The translations under genes were made by a program, and so were the position numbers. DNA of 41,316 bases from a virus (taxonomy: Duplodnaviria; Heunggongvirae; Uroviricota; Caudoviricetes). The DNA is taken from the IMG/VR virus record IMGVR_UViG_2681813145_000006; one strand, 5' to 3'. Below the pieces are notes generated by a model. The model was given only the letters and a program-made list of their open reading frames with translations, was not told the origin of the DNA and ran no database searches. Of the stretch, positions 20,201 through 29,144 are shown in pieces (the stretch's first letter is position 1; each line of letters begins with the position of its first letter).

Positions 20201-21958
20201 TTAAAGCGAGCGGATGCCCACGCTGACCAGATGTTCAGACAGATCCGGCTCCGGTTCACCACCATTGACCAGCATCCGGCTCATTGCTGTAAACATCGCA
20301 ACAGGGCCGTCGATTTTGGCTTCCAGCGTGGATTTATTCGGGAAGATATTGTCGTTTTTGTCCGGTTTTACCGTAACGTTAGACATCATCCAGTTCATGA
20401 CCGGATGATTGCTGTGATGGAAACGTCCGGCATAGACCAGTGATTCCGTTTCCTTCATGGCCTCTGACAGATTGCGAACCGTCTGCGGAACCTCCACCAG
20501 CGGTATCCCTTCTTCAGCCAGTGCTAGGCTGAACTGCATCGCGCTCCACGGGTCAAATCCCAGTTCCCTGAGGTTTTCACCACCAATCCATTCCAGTAAG
20601 TCACTTTTTATCTGAGCATGATCGATAACATCACCATCCGTCAGAATCAGCTTATCCATCTCCGCCCACTTCCGGTAAAGTTCTGCCTGCTGCCGCGAGC
20701 ATCGTTCCAGCCGTCCTTCCGGGAGCCAGAATTTAAAATCGGCATGAACATGCCCGTTATCCGTTCGCCAGAGTTTTGCCGCCGCACAGATATCAATCTT
20801 ATGAGCAAGGTCAACGCCGACCCACATGGGATACGTTTTCAGCTCATGTCGCGGGGCAATGTATTCGCACTTCTCCCACTTAATCATGTCCATCCAGGCA
20901 GACTCTGCTGTTACCCACACATTCATGTGTTTGGTAAAAAAATTCACCCGCGCAGAGACCTGTTCTTTCGCTTTTTTCGCCAGACGACGCAGATCATCCC
21001 AGCGTTTACAGATGCCCAGGCCAGGATTCGCTTTCTGCCAGACCGTTTCATCAAACGGATCATCTCCCTCATCGAGGGTGTAAATAATCGCAAAGTAGGA
21101 GTCGTCTTTTACAGCGCCCTCCACGTCGCTGTTATAGCCACGCAATACCTTGATGGCATAATCACGCTGCTCGTAACAAATCCCTTCCTTGTTAAACCCT
21201 GCCGTGGTGATACCAAATAAAAGGGACTGCAGACGGGCACCGGTTGCCGTTTCCAGAACGTCCCACACGTCACGGGTTTTATGTGCATGCAGCTCATCAA
21301 TAATGGCGCAGTGGATGTTCAGACCATCCAGGTTGTTTGCATCCGAAGAAAGCGGTTCAAATTTTGATGCGCTCTGCTCCTGGTAAATCGCCAGCTTGTT
21401 GAAATCAAACAACCGCCCGAGTGTCGACCGGGCTTTTCTGACCATATTTTTGGCGTCTTCAAACACGATTCTGGCCTGGTCACGCGTGGTTGCGGCTGAA
21501 TACACCTCAGCACCGCCTTCACCATCTGCCCCCGTCATATACAGACCGATACCCGATGACAGGGTTGATTTTGCGTTTTTACGGGCAACTTCGTTGTATG
21601 CTGTCCGGAACCGGCGCACCATCACCGGGCGCCCGCTGCCATCGCTGCGCATGACAACTTCCCCGGTCTCTTCATTGACCAGCGGAATGACAAAACCAAA
21701 AATATTAATGAGGATAAATACATGCCAGTCCATCAACTCAATAGGCTGGCCTGCCAGCGCCCCTTTTACATGAGGCACAAATTTGTAGAAATTCAGGATG
21801 TGCTGCGCACGTGGTTCACTGAAATAAATCCCCCGCTCTTCGCCGTACTTTAGATCATCAAGAAAACGCTGGCAGGCCAGGCGGACAAATTCGCCAGCAA
21901 CAATTTCTCCTGCAACAACACGTTCGGCGTAGCGGATCCCGTCAGCCACTTTTGCCAT
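20201..21958 (-). CDS. Terminase large subunit, 585 aa
   Basis: ATG at 21956-21958 overlaps the small-subunit stop (ATGA); size and position. Confidence 0.85.
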   Translation of the reverse strand: MAKVADGIRYAERVVAGEIVAGEFVRLACQRFLDDLKYGEERGIYFSEPRAQHILNFYKFVPHVKGALAGQPIELMDWHVFILINIFGFVIPLVNEETGEVVMRSDGSGRPVMVRRFRTAYNEVARKNAKSTLSSGIGLYMTGADGEGGAEVYSAATTRDQARIVFEDAKNMVRKARSTLGRLFDFNKLAIYQEQSASKFEPLSSDANNLDGLNIHCAIIDELHAHKTRDVWDVLETATGARLQSLLFGITTAGFNKEGICYEQRDYAIKVLRGYNSDVEGAVKDDSYFAIIYTLDEGDDPFDETVWQKANPGLGICKRWDDLRRLAKKAKEQVSARVNFFTKHMNVWVTAESAWMDMIKWEKCEYIAPRHELKTYPMWVGVDLAHKIDICAAAKLWRTDNGHVHADFKFWLPEGRLERCSRQQAELYRKWAEMDKLILTDGDVIDHAQIKSDLLEWIGGENLRELGFDPWSAMQFSLALAEEGIPLVEVPQTVRNLSEAMKETESLVYAGRFHHSNHPVMNWMMSNVTVKPDKNDNIFPNKSTLEAKIDGPVAMFTAMSRMLVNGGEPEPDLSEHLVSVGIRSL

Positions 21959-22440
21959 CAGTCTCTCGCTTTTAAAAGCTCCGCCAGCGGATCAACATCA
22001 TCCGGTCCGGCAATATTTACTTTAGCCCGGCTTGCCGGTGACATACCAAACTCTGCAAGCATTGCCCGGATCCGCTTCCAGGCATCCGCTTTCATTGCCG
22101 CCGCGGGGTGCGCCTTAATCAGTACATCACCGCTCTGCGTTTCCGTGCGGTAGGTATACCCCTCAACATCGAGTGTTTCGCAGTGATGCCGATATTCGGT
22201 ATAGGCTTCCACCAGCAACTCGAGTGCACGCGCATCAAGCTGAGAAATGATCCCTTCCGCATTCAGCTCTTCCGCCATTCGCCTGAACCAGTACTTCCCC
22301 TGTGCCCCTAAATGCTGCGGAATTTTAGGGAGACCTTTTTCATCCTTTTTAGCGGTTTTTTTTGAGTCTTTAACGGGGCGCTTTGAGGGGTTGCCTCGTA
22401 TCAAATGCAGGCGTGGCGGGGTTTTCGGAGGTCCTGACAT
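21958..22440 (-). CDS. Terminase small subunit, 160 aa
   Basis: ATG at 22438-22440; basic N-terminus MSGPPKTPPRLHLIRGNPSKR; directly upstream of the large subunit. Confidence 0.75.
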   Translation of the reverse strand: MSGPPKTPPRLHLIRGNPSKRPVKDSKKTAKKDEKGLPKIPQHLGAQGKYWFRRMAEELNAEGIISQLDARALELLVEAYTEYRHHCETLDVEGYTYRTETQSGDVLIKAHPAAAMKADAWKRIRAMLAEFGMSPASRAKVNIAGPDDVDPLAELLKARD

Positions 22441-22587
22441 AATCGGTCTTACCTATCAATCGTTTGTTCACATTTCCAAAAAAAGTTTTCGAACCTGCGG
22501 CGATGTGAGGAAGGGTCAGGCGGCGGTACTGAGCAGCCAGGGCGGCAGAGATTTGCCCCGCCCCTCCCCTACAGATGAGAACTGTTA
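22441..22587. other. Candidate cos / packaging initiation region
   Basis: 147-bp non-coding gap between the HNH gene and the terminase small subunit, where HK97-type phages carry cos; contains the GC-rich tract GGCGGCGGTACTGAGCAGCCAGGGCGGCAG. Confidence 0.3.
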
Positions 22588-22938
22588 TCAATTGATGCGT
22601 TCGCGCGCTGTTTTTGCTTTATGGCAGGGCCAGCACAGACTCTGCAGGTTACTGTCTGCATCCGTGCCACCATGAGCTTTCGGAATGATGTGGTCCACAG
22701 TTCTGGCTTCAACAGCTCTCCCATTGCGCAGGCAGTTCTGACACAGATGATTATCACGCTTCAGTATGCGCGCACGTATGGCATCCCATTTCGAGCCATA
22801 GCCACGCTGGTGGCGGCTCAGTCCGCGCTGGTGCTGCACCCAGCCTTCACCCCAATGTTTATCGCAGTAGCCCGAACTGTCTGTTGTTGTGCCTGCGCAG
22901 CCTCGCTTACGACATGCGCGGGGGATTCGTGATGGCAT
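22588..22938 (-). CDS. HNH homing endonuclease, 116 aa
   Basis: ATG at 22936-22938; motifs CQNCLRNGR...DHIIPKAHGGTD...NLQSLCWPCHKAKT; HK97 gp74-like position next to cos. Confidence 0.85.
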   Translation of the reverse strand: MPSRIPRACRKRGCAGTTTDSSGYCDKHWGEGWVQHQRGLSRHQRGYGSKWDAIRARILKRDNHLCQNCLRNGRAVEARTVDHIIPKAHGGTDADSNLQSLCWPCHKAKTARERIN

Positions 22939-23359
22939 GGAACTTCGTTCTCCAGCGATTAAAACGTTTCTCTCTCGGGGATAACATGTATTGCATTCAG
23001 TCCCGCCGCCACAGCGTGCTGATTATGTTCATTGACAAGCTGCATTGTTTCATCAAGCAATTCACGACAGCGATTTGCATTCGTTTCGATGCTCAGCACC
23101 AGTGAATGACCCCCACACAACCGCCCATCCAATAAAAATGGAGAGTCAGCAGAAACAATTTCCGATTTTATGGGGTCAGTTCAACGGAAGGGCTGCTGTA
23201 ATGCTGTGGACAATACTCCTTTTGTCGCTTACTGGTTGAATATCCTGGTTTTTATGCGCTTTATCCATTGTTAAAATACAACCTCAGCCCTCCAGTGATC
23301 GGACACTGTGTGAACAATGAATAAGAGCCTTGGCTAACGGCTCCGCAAAAGGAATGACA

Positions 23360-23569
23360 ATGACAAGCTTTAATATAAATTTAAATGTAACAACAAAGGT
23401 TGAAACCATTTCTGACGTAGCTTTAGAAATTTCCCGTTTAAAAGTTACGATTGGAATATTATTGGCTAAACTACCTCCAGAACAGCGTGATTCATTCATT
23501 GCAGATCTAAAAGGCGTCGGGCTTAATGAAGAGGCCAGCTTATATAGTAATTTCAACCCAAAGATATAA
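23360..23569 (+). CDS. Hypothetical small protein, 69 aa, antisense to the late operon
   Basis: ATG at 23360 with AAGGA 6 nt upstream; AT-rich; followed by its own plus-strand terminator; no signal peptide; family not recognised. Confidence 0.5.
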   Translation: MTSFNINLNVTTKVETISDVALEISRLKVTIGILLAKLPPEQRDSFIADLKGVGLNEEASLYSNFNPKI

Positions 23570-23593
23570 TCTGAATCCATCGTTTACAGGAGC

Positions 23594-23625
23594 GGGGAGG
23601 GAGCAACCTCCCCCCTTTTCTTTAT
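23594..23625 (+). terminator. Rho-independent terminator of the small plus-strand gene
   Basis: 7-bp stem GGGGAGG/CCTCCCC (23594-23600 / 23607-23613) followed by CCTTTTCTTTAT. Confidence 0.6.
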
Positions 23626-23802
23626 CTGGTGTATGTAATATTTCCTTTTAAGTAAAACGCTCCCGTATTATCAACTGCGCCCTCAGGTTTTTTATTGAGA
23701 ATTTTTAATAATTTTGACTTCATAGCAATATTAAAAATCTTTGGGAAAAGAAACATATTTCCTCCTGAATAAATATGCGAGGATGAATTGAGTTCACTTT
23801 AT

Positions 23803-23988
23803 CTAACCTCGCTGCATACACTGCCGGATGCCATCAATCAGTTGGCAGGCCTGAGAAGCAGCGTCAAAAAACTGGCGTGCCTTATCCAGGCTAACGCATC
23901 CCGCCAATAAAAAAGGCACCAGTATCGCTACCAGTGCCCATTTCGCCGCCGTTCGCGGCATTCTGTGTGTCCAGTGTTTTCTGCTCAT
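23803..23988 (-). CDS. Small lipoprotein, 61 aa (possible o-spanin-like lysis accessory or exclusion protein)
   Basis: ATG at 23986-23988 preceded by AGGTG; lipobox LLAGC after a hydrophobic signal; immediately 3' of the endolysin gene; not proline-rich like Rz1. Confidence 0.45.
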   Translation of the reverse strand: MSRKHWTHRMPRTAAKWALVAILVPFLLAGCVSLDKARQFFDAASQACQLIDGIRQCMQRG

Positions 23989-24002
23989 AACACACCTGGT
24001 TA

Positions 24003-24380
24003 TCAGCGTTTCAACTGAAAGTGAGGTCCGTCTTTCAGTGTTTTCCAGTCCCCGCCCCATTCGATGGCAGTTCCCAGCTCTGCGGCAGCCTGCTTAAATG
24101 CCTGCGCGATTTTCTCGTACAGAGGCCAGTCCCATGACACCAGGCTGCCAATGTAGGCCACAACATCCACTGCATCACCGGTCAGGTGGCGGCTGTTCAT
24201 GGTCTGGCTTTTCCCTTCCGCGACCAGCTGTTTCTGGCGATACTTACTGCGCAGGCCTTCCGTAATACCGAAATCAACCTCCGTCAGCTCCAGCGCACGG
24301 CGAACTACAGCAACCAGCTGTGGTTTAACGCCCTCCAGATTCTTTTCGCTGCGACGACTAAATCTGAATTTACCCGACAT
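24003..24380 (-). CDS. Endolysin, peptidase M15 family (L-alanyl-D-glutamate peptidase-like), 125 aa
   Basis: ATG at 24378-24380 preceded by GAGGTG; motifs SRHLTGDAVDVVAY and EWGGDW typical of M15 peptidases. Confidence 0.7.
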   Translation of the reverse strand: MSGKFRFSRRSEKNLEGVKPQLVAVVRRALELTEVDFGITEGLRSKYRQKQLVAEGKSQTMNSRHLTGDAVDVVAYIGSLVSWDWPLYEKIAQAFKQAAAELGTAIEWGGDWKTLKDGPHFQLKR

Positions 24381-24382
24381 AT

Positions 24383-24658
24383 TCACCTCAACAATGGAAA
24401 AATTTTTGTGACGTTCCCGCGCGCGCGTATCACCAGCACGCAGAACAGCAGATTAAAAAACACTTCCAGCCAGCCCGTTGCTAACGGGCGACCACACAGA
24501 TAGCTGAGGGGCGCAAAGGCATACAACAGCATCAGCAGCCAGGCCAGCCATGACATCAATGGTTTGTGTCTGGAGTCACGACGACGATAAAAAAAGAGCG
24601 TCAGCACGATAACCGTGCATAACGCCACATTCAGCAATCCGGGAAGGTTACTTAACAT
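24383..24658 (-). CDS. Lysis-cassette membrane protein with three hydrophobic helices, 91 aa (holin partner or antiholin-like)
   Basis: ATG at 24656-24658 preceded by GGAGGAGG; three hydrophobic segments; overlaps the holin stop by 11 nt. Confidence 0.45.
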   Translation of the reverse strand: MLSNLPGLLNVALCTVIVLTLFFYRRRDSRHKPLMSWLAWLLMLLYAFAPLSYLCGRPLATGWLEVFFNLLFCVLVIRARGNVTKIFPLLR

Positions 24659-25040
24659 TGCCGCCTCCTCCGCCCCGCAGGCGGGAGAACAGACCGGACA
24701 CCAGTGATGCAATATCCTGCTGGTGGATGAACGAGAGAATCTTCACCGACACCACTGACACCAGCACTGCACACAGTGCGTCGACAGGCGCACCGTCAAA
24801 CTCTGTATGCTTTACCAGCCAGGATGCCAGAACCTCTGCACCCAGCACACCGATAATAAACGACACAAGAAAATGCGCCGCCACACGCCAGGCTGAAAGC
24901 GCCTGCGGCATTGTTGCCACAAACAACGCTCCCGCAAACGCACCAAACACAATCCCGAAATCCGTTCCGGTAAACAGCCCGAATACCGTCGCCCCACCGA
25001 GCGCCGCAGCCGTGCCGGAACCGGATAAGGGTTCAGACAT
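24648..25040 (-). CDS. Putative holin, 130 aa
   Basis: Start set at ATG 25038-25040 (MSEPLSGSG...) preceded by AGGAGA; hydrophobic helices then charged C-terminus; first gene of the lysis cassette. Confidence 0.55.
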   Translation of the reverse strand: MSEPLSGSGTAAALGGATVFGLFTGTDFGIVFGAFAGALFVATMPQALSAWRVAAHFLVSFIIGVLGAEVLASWLVKHTEFDGAPVDALCAVLVSVVSVKILSFIHQQDIASLVSGLFSRLRGGGGGNVK

Positions 25041-25057
25041 ACTTTTTTCTCCTGTAA

Positions 25058-25081
25058 ATAAAAAAGGGCCACCAGCGGCCC
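25058..25081 (-). terminator. Rho-independent terminator immediately upstream of the holin gene
   Basis: 5-bp GC stem GGGCC/GGCCC (25066-25070 / 25077-25081), A-run 25058-25065 gives a U-tract on the minus transcript. Confidence 0.5.
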
Positions 25082-25212
25082 GTAAAAAACACCCCGTCAA
25101 AGACACCCGCAGATGCCTTTTGTGTGGTGTTATCTGATGCGATGTACGCCGGACGTGGCGCGGATATGAAAAAGGCCCGCCGTAGCGAGCCATAAAGAAA
25201 CAAAATTCTGAA

Positions 25213-25236
25213 TAAAAAAACCGCCTAGTACGGCGG
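25213..25236 (-). terminator. Rho-independent terminator downstream of the AT-rich cargo operon
   Basis: Stem CCGCC/GGCGG (25221-25225 / 25232-25236), A-run 25213-25220 gives a U-tract on the minus transcript. Confidence 0.5.
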
Positions 25237-25331
25237 ATAAAATGATCAAAAGAACCCGTTATTCGTTATAATAAATAAAAAACCATCAACATGGCGACTC
25301 GACTCAAGAAACGAATTTACTAACTTAAATG

Positions 25332-25841
25332 TTATTTGCGTTTATTGACAGGTAATATAGAATTAGCAGCATCTTTCTCTCTCTCTTGGAACGAGTTATG
25401 TCTTTTAACCATATCAGGACCAATGAGACTATAAATTACTGTCAACAGTTGCCATAAAGTTAAAAAAACCAAAATGGCATATGACGCGCCCCTAAAAATG
25501 TCCTTGTGATCTATAAAAAACGGTATCTGTTTTACTAATGGCGCAACAACGCCAATAATTAAAACTGATGCTAAAATAGCAGTAGAATGTACAATTGGTG
25601 TAAATAACCTTGTAATCCCACTGCCATTAGATTCACTCGCTGAACTGCCACCTCTAAATGATTTTTTTAATCGTTCAGGATAGATTATCGCAAACCAAGC
25701 TCCCACAACTGCAAAGATAATGGATGCTGTAGTTCGCAGGGCCTCATAAAGAGGCCACTGGGATGAGAAGGGAACATTCTTCCCAAAATAGGCAGAAAAA
25801 ATCAGAACGACCATAAGAAAAATTCCACCTAAGATTTTCAT
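25332..25841 (-). CDS. Four-helix integral membrane protein, 169 aa, second gene of the AT-rich cargo cassette
   Basis: ATG at 25839-25841 directly after the upstream stop (TAGATG) with GGGA SD; four hydrophobic segments; family not recognised. Confidence 0.65.
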   Translation of the reverse strand: MKILGGIFLMVVLIFSAYFGKNVPFSSQWPLYEALRTTASIIFAVVGAWFAIIYPERLKKSFRGGSSASESNGSGITRLFTPIVHSTAILASVLIIGVVAPLVKQIPFFIDHKDIFRGASYAILVFLTLWQLLTVIYSLIGPDMVKRHNSFQEREKDAANSILPVNKRK

Positions 25842-26694
25842 CTACATTCCCGCCTCGCGTAATATGAGCTCCCTTTTGCCTACAAGTTCAGAAAGAAGAG
25901 ATTCCGAGGACACAAACTCGGCGTCCTGTCGCTCCAAATTCAAGTGGAATTTGGTTCGTGCTAATGAACGACTGAGCCAATATGTCGTTGGATCTCCTTT
26001 AAATACAAAACCATAATCACAAGAGTTTGTATCGCTATGTTTATTCCAATCATCAATCATCCCCTCGATGTCATCAATATCAACATTCGGAGAAAGTTCA
26101 TATTTAATTTTTGTTGAGGTATTTGCAGTTTGTGGATGGCTAATATTCATATTAATCAATAGTTTTTGCCACAGGCTAAACTCGTCAGGTTTTGACACAT
26201 CAAGTTCAACAACCTTTTCAATTTTAGAAACAATATTAGCATTCTGCCTAATAACTTCATGTTTACCAGGATTTCTTACTAAACCAGCTACGAACTGTGG
26301 ATAGTGTTTTTTCTTTGGCAGCACATCATCTGTTGGGTTAATTTTATAGCCCTTGATAACCACCTCATGCGTGCCATCTTCCTTCTCCACACTTTCCGCC
26401 ACAACGTGGCTTGATGACTGTTTTAAAAAATGATAGAGATAGCATTGCATCGCCTTCTGTCCCGTCAAAGCATGGTTAAACTTGATGCTAGCCACTAAAT
26501 CCATGGATGGAATAAACCAAAAGTAAGTAGCAAAACCAGGAATACTTCCCTTCTGGATTGAATTAAGTATTACTGTTGGGTCCGTACCAAATTCTGTATC
26601 TTCCTGAACCGATGGAACACTTTGATCTGTAGAAGGAACCTCATTCCAGAGCAACAAAACCACATTGTCACCAGCACGTTTCATATCCAGAAGA
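25842..26694 (-). pseudogene. C-terminal part (about 284 codons) of an unrecognised cargo gene split by IS1
   Basis: Frame is open from the IS1 boundary to the stop at 25842-25844; the listed ORF start at 26706-26708 is a TTG inside the IS1 end; first native ATG is 26682-26684 (MKRAGD...). Confidence 0.7.
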
Positions 26695-26709
26695 GGTAAT
26701 GACTCCAAC

Positions 26710-27213
26710 TTATTGATAGTGTTTTATGTTCAGATAATGCCCGATGACTTTGTCATGCAGCTCCACCGATTTTGAGAACGACAGCGACTTCCGTCCCAGC
26801 CGTGCCAGGTGCTGCCTCAGATTCAGGTTATGCCGCTCAATTCGCTGCGTATATCGCTTGCTGATTACGTGCAGCTTTCCCTTCAGGCGGGATTCATACA
26901 GCGGCCAGCCATCCGTCATCCATATCACCACGTCAAAGGGTGACAGCAGGCTCATAAGACGCCCCAGCGTCGCCATAGTGCGCTCACCGAATACGTGCGC
27001 AACAACCGTCTTCCGGAGACTGTCATACGCGTAAAACAGCCAGCGCTGGCGCGATTTAGCCCCGACATAGCCCCACTGTTCGTCCATTTCCGCGCAGACG
27101 ATGACGTCACTGCCCGGCTGTATGCGCGAGGTTACCGACTGCGGCCTGAGTTTTTTAAGTGACGTAAAATCGTGTTGAGGCCAACGCCCATAATGCGGGC
27201 AGTTGCCCGGCAT
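26710..27213 (-). CDS. insB: IS1 transposase InsB frame (expressed as the InsAB' frameshift fusion)
   Basis: 167-aa ORF inside IS1; the A6C slippery run lies at 27150-27156 on the plus strand. Confidence 0.85.
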
Positions 27214-27407
27214 CCAACGCCATTCATGGCCATATCAATGATTTTCTGGTGCGTACCGGGTTGAGAAGCGGTGTAAGTGAACTGCAGTTGCCATGTTTTA
27301 CGGCAGTGAGAGCAGAGATAGCGCTGATGTCCGGCGGTGCTTTTGCCGTTACGCACCACCCCGTCAGTAGCTGAACAGGAGGGACAGCTGATAGAAACAG
27401 AAGCCAC
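27132..27407 (-). CDS. insA: IS1 protein InsA, 91 aa
   Basis: ORF inside IS1 with GTG start at 27405-27407; Cys-rich N-terminus [10 protein letters not shown]. Confidence 0.85.
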
Positions 27408-27462
27408 TGGAGCACCTCAAAAACACCATCATACACTAAATCAGTAAGTTGGCAGCATCACC

Positions 27463-27659
27463 TCCAGAAGATAAGCAGGTAAAACCTCATCATTTGCTTC
27501 ATATGTCTTTGTCTGTTTGAGTTTTTTCCCTTCTGCCCATAAAGCAAGATCTGTGAGCAACTCGTCACAACCACCAAATGCAGGGCTTACAACACCGTAA
27601 CGGTAGTAACCACATTTTTGAATTTTATAGAACGTAATCGTTACAGTTTCAGAAACCAT
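27463..27659 (-). pseudogene. N-terminal part (about 65 codons) of the same IS1-split cargo gene
   Basis: ATG at 27657-27659; the frame runs into IS1 and joins 25842-26694 in frame when IS1 plus one duplication copy (777 bp) is removed. Confidence 0.7.
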
Positions 27660-27830
27660 AAACTCTTATCCAAATGAAGTAGGGAAGAGTCTAATTTAAT
27701 ACCAATTCATTTAAAGTGGTTACTGGTTATTTGATCATATTGATAGTGTACAAACATACAGTATCATATCCACATCCTGCATCAAAGCAGGAATCACCTA
27801 TTGTTAGATACCATACATACTGTTTTTACG

Positions 27831-27859
27831 ATCAACAAAAGCCCACTCGGAGGCGGGCT
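27831..27859 (-). terminator. tR'-like terminator downstream of the late promoter
   Basis: Hairpin AGCCC...GGGCT (27840-27859) followed on the minus transcript by TTTTGTTGATCG. Confidence 0.45.
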
Positions 27860-27906
27860 GTAAAAATTCCTCTAACGTCAGGCATAAAACGCCCATCGTT
27901 AGGGCG

Positions 27907-27934
27907 AATTTAACACAGATTCGGGAAAAATCAA
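27907..27934 (-). promoter_or_regulatory. Late promoter pR'-like (-35 TTGATT, 16-nt spacer, -10 TAAATT)
   Basis: On the minus strand, -35 is the complement of 27929-27934 and -10 the complement of 27907-27912; sits just 3' of the Q-like gene, as pR' does in lambda. Confidence 0.5.
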
Positions 27935-27939
27935 CGATA

Positions 27940-28761
27940 CTATCGCGTTACCCTCTTTAACTGCCGCTCCGCCCATGCCTCTTCAATGTCAAACCGAACC
28001 ACCAACGTATCGTAAAAGCGTTTCACTGATTTTTTCCACGTATCAAGCGTGATAGCACTCGTCACTTTGCGTATGGCATTAAATGCCTCCGTTGATGGTA
28101 GTCTTTCATAGCCACGACCACCACAACGCTGGCAGTCTCTGATAACAGGCATACCACGTTTTACCGACTCTTCACGATGAATGGCGACACCACGCCCACG
28201 GCAATCCTTACAGGCGGTGGAAACCTCACCCTTTCCGCCACACTCCGGACACGCAACTTTTACCACCTCCCTGACTTTTTTCCATTCTTCCCAGTAAGAC
28301 GGATACACACCTTTCGTACACTTTGCCCATACCGGCGGCTTACCATCCGGATACTGGACCTTGTTTGTAAAAACTATGCTTTCAATAAATTTTTCCCCAT
28401 AGCAACAAGGGCACTGCTTTTTACTCGCTGCGCTGCGGGCATAATCCTCAAAAGCGTACGAAGCCATAATGCGCATCACTACCGGTTTTATTTCTGCCGG
28501 AAGTTTTCTCAACGCCGCCACACGATCGCACCGACTGAGTGCATAATCTGCCAGTAATTCTGTTGCCCGCGCCCTGTCATTCATACTGATGCCCATTTTC
28601 CCCAGGAACGCAGAAAAACCCATCTCAGCCCGATTCTGTGTCATGCCCTGCGCGGCCATCACATCAGTGATACTCAGCGCATCTTTTGACGTTGAGGCCG
28701 ATGCATCGGTCAGGCCAGGGGATTTTGGGGAGTAGTATTTCGGTAAATCTTCCAGTTTCAT
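27940..28761 (-). CDS. Putative late-gene antiterminator (Q-like) with CxxC zinc-finger repeats, 273 aa
   Basis: ATG at 28759-28761; motifs CPCCYGEKF, CPECGGKG, CKDCRGRG, CQRCGGRG; located between rusA and the pR'-like promoter. Confidence 0.55.
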   Translation of the reverse strand: MKLEDLPKYYSPKSPGLTDASASTSKDALSITDVMAAQGMTQNRAEMGFSAFLGKMGISMNDRARATELLADYALSRCDRVAALRKLPAEIKPVVMRIMASYAFEDYARSAASKKQCPCCYGEKFIESIVFTNKVQYPDGKPPVWAKCTKGVYPSYWEEWKKVREVVKVACPECGGKGEVSTACKDCRGRGVAIHREESVKRGMPVIRDCQRCGGRGYERLPSTEAFNAIRKVTSAITLDTWKKSVKRFYDTLVVRFDIEEAWAERQLKRVTR

Positions 28762-28775
28762 TTTTTGACCTGCTC

Positions 28776-29132
28776 TTAATGCATTATGGGGTAAATCTTC
28801 ACCCCCAGACGTCCACCAGATACTGGCTGACCACGAACGATATTGATTTCATCAAACTGCTCATCGTCCATTAACACTCCCGCATGCGTCAGCGCATCCA
28901 GCGGTGCTTTCAGGATATTGTCCAGGTCGCGACGACGCTTATCCGGTGGCTCTGCAATCACCTTTATCGCCAGCCTTCCGGACAGGCTTAATTTCAGCCG
29001 CTGCTGGCGAACAATAAGCGCCACAGCCCGGCGATAACGCTTTCCCTCCTCCGAGATAAAATATGTGCTGCCACGGCGTCGCCAGTAAGTGTTCACCGTC
29101 GGCGGGTAAGGTAAAACCAAATCTATGAGCAT
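28776..29132 (-). CDS. rusA: Holliday junction resolvase RusA, 118 aa
   Basis: ATG at 29130-29132 preceded by AGAGGTG; size and position in the nin-like region. Confidence 0.75.
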   Translation of the reverse strand: MLIDLVLPYPPTVNTYWRRRGSTYFISEEGKRYRRAVALIVRQQRLKLSLSGRLAIKVIAEPPDKRRRDLDNILKAPLDALTHAGVLMDDEQFDEINIVRGQPVSGGRLGVKIYPIMH

Positions 29133-29144
29133 CAGTCACCTCTT

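Larger units (their letters stand above)
26695..27462 (-). mobile_element. IS1 insertion sequence, 768 bp, flanked by a 9-bp target duplication TCCAGAAGA
   Basis: Terminal repeats GGTAATGACTCCAACTTATTGATAGTG (26695 onward) and the reverse complement of GGTGATGCTGCCAACTTACTGAT ending at 27462; direct repeats at 26686-26694 and 27463-27471. Confidence 0.95.

Noticed and set aside
20618-21220. 200-aa plus-strand ORF
   Set aside because: Antisense within the terminase large subunit gene; no independent support.
23284-23580. 98-aa minus-strand ORF
   Set aside because: Overlaps the plus-strand 69-aa gene, which has the ribosome binding site and a terminator in the right orientation; the minus frame has neither.
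24648-25193. Full 181-aa holin ORF including a 51-codon N-terminal extension
   Set aside because: The extension is basic and low-complexity and runs through the terminator hairpin at 25058-25081; the ATG at 25038-25040 has a strong AGGAGA site.
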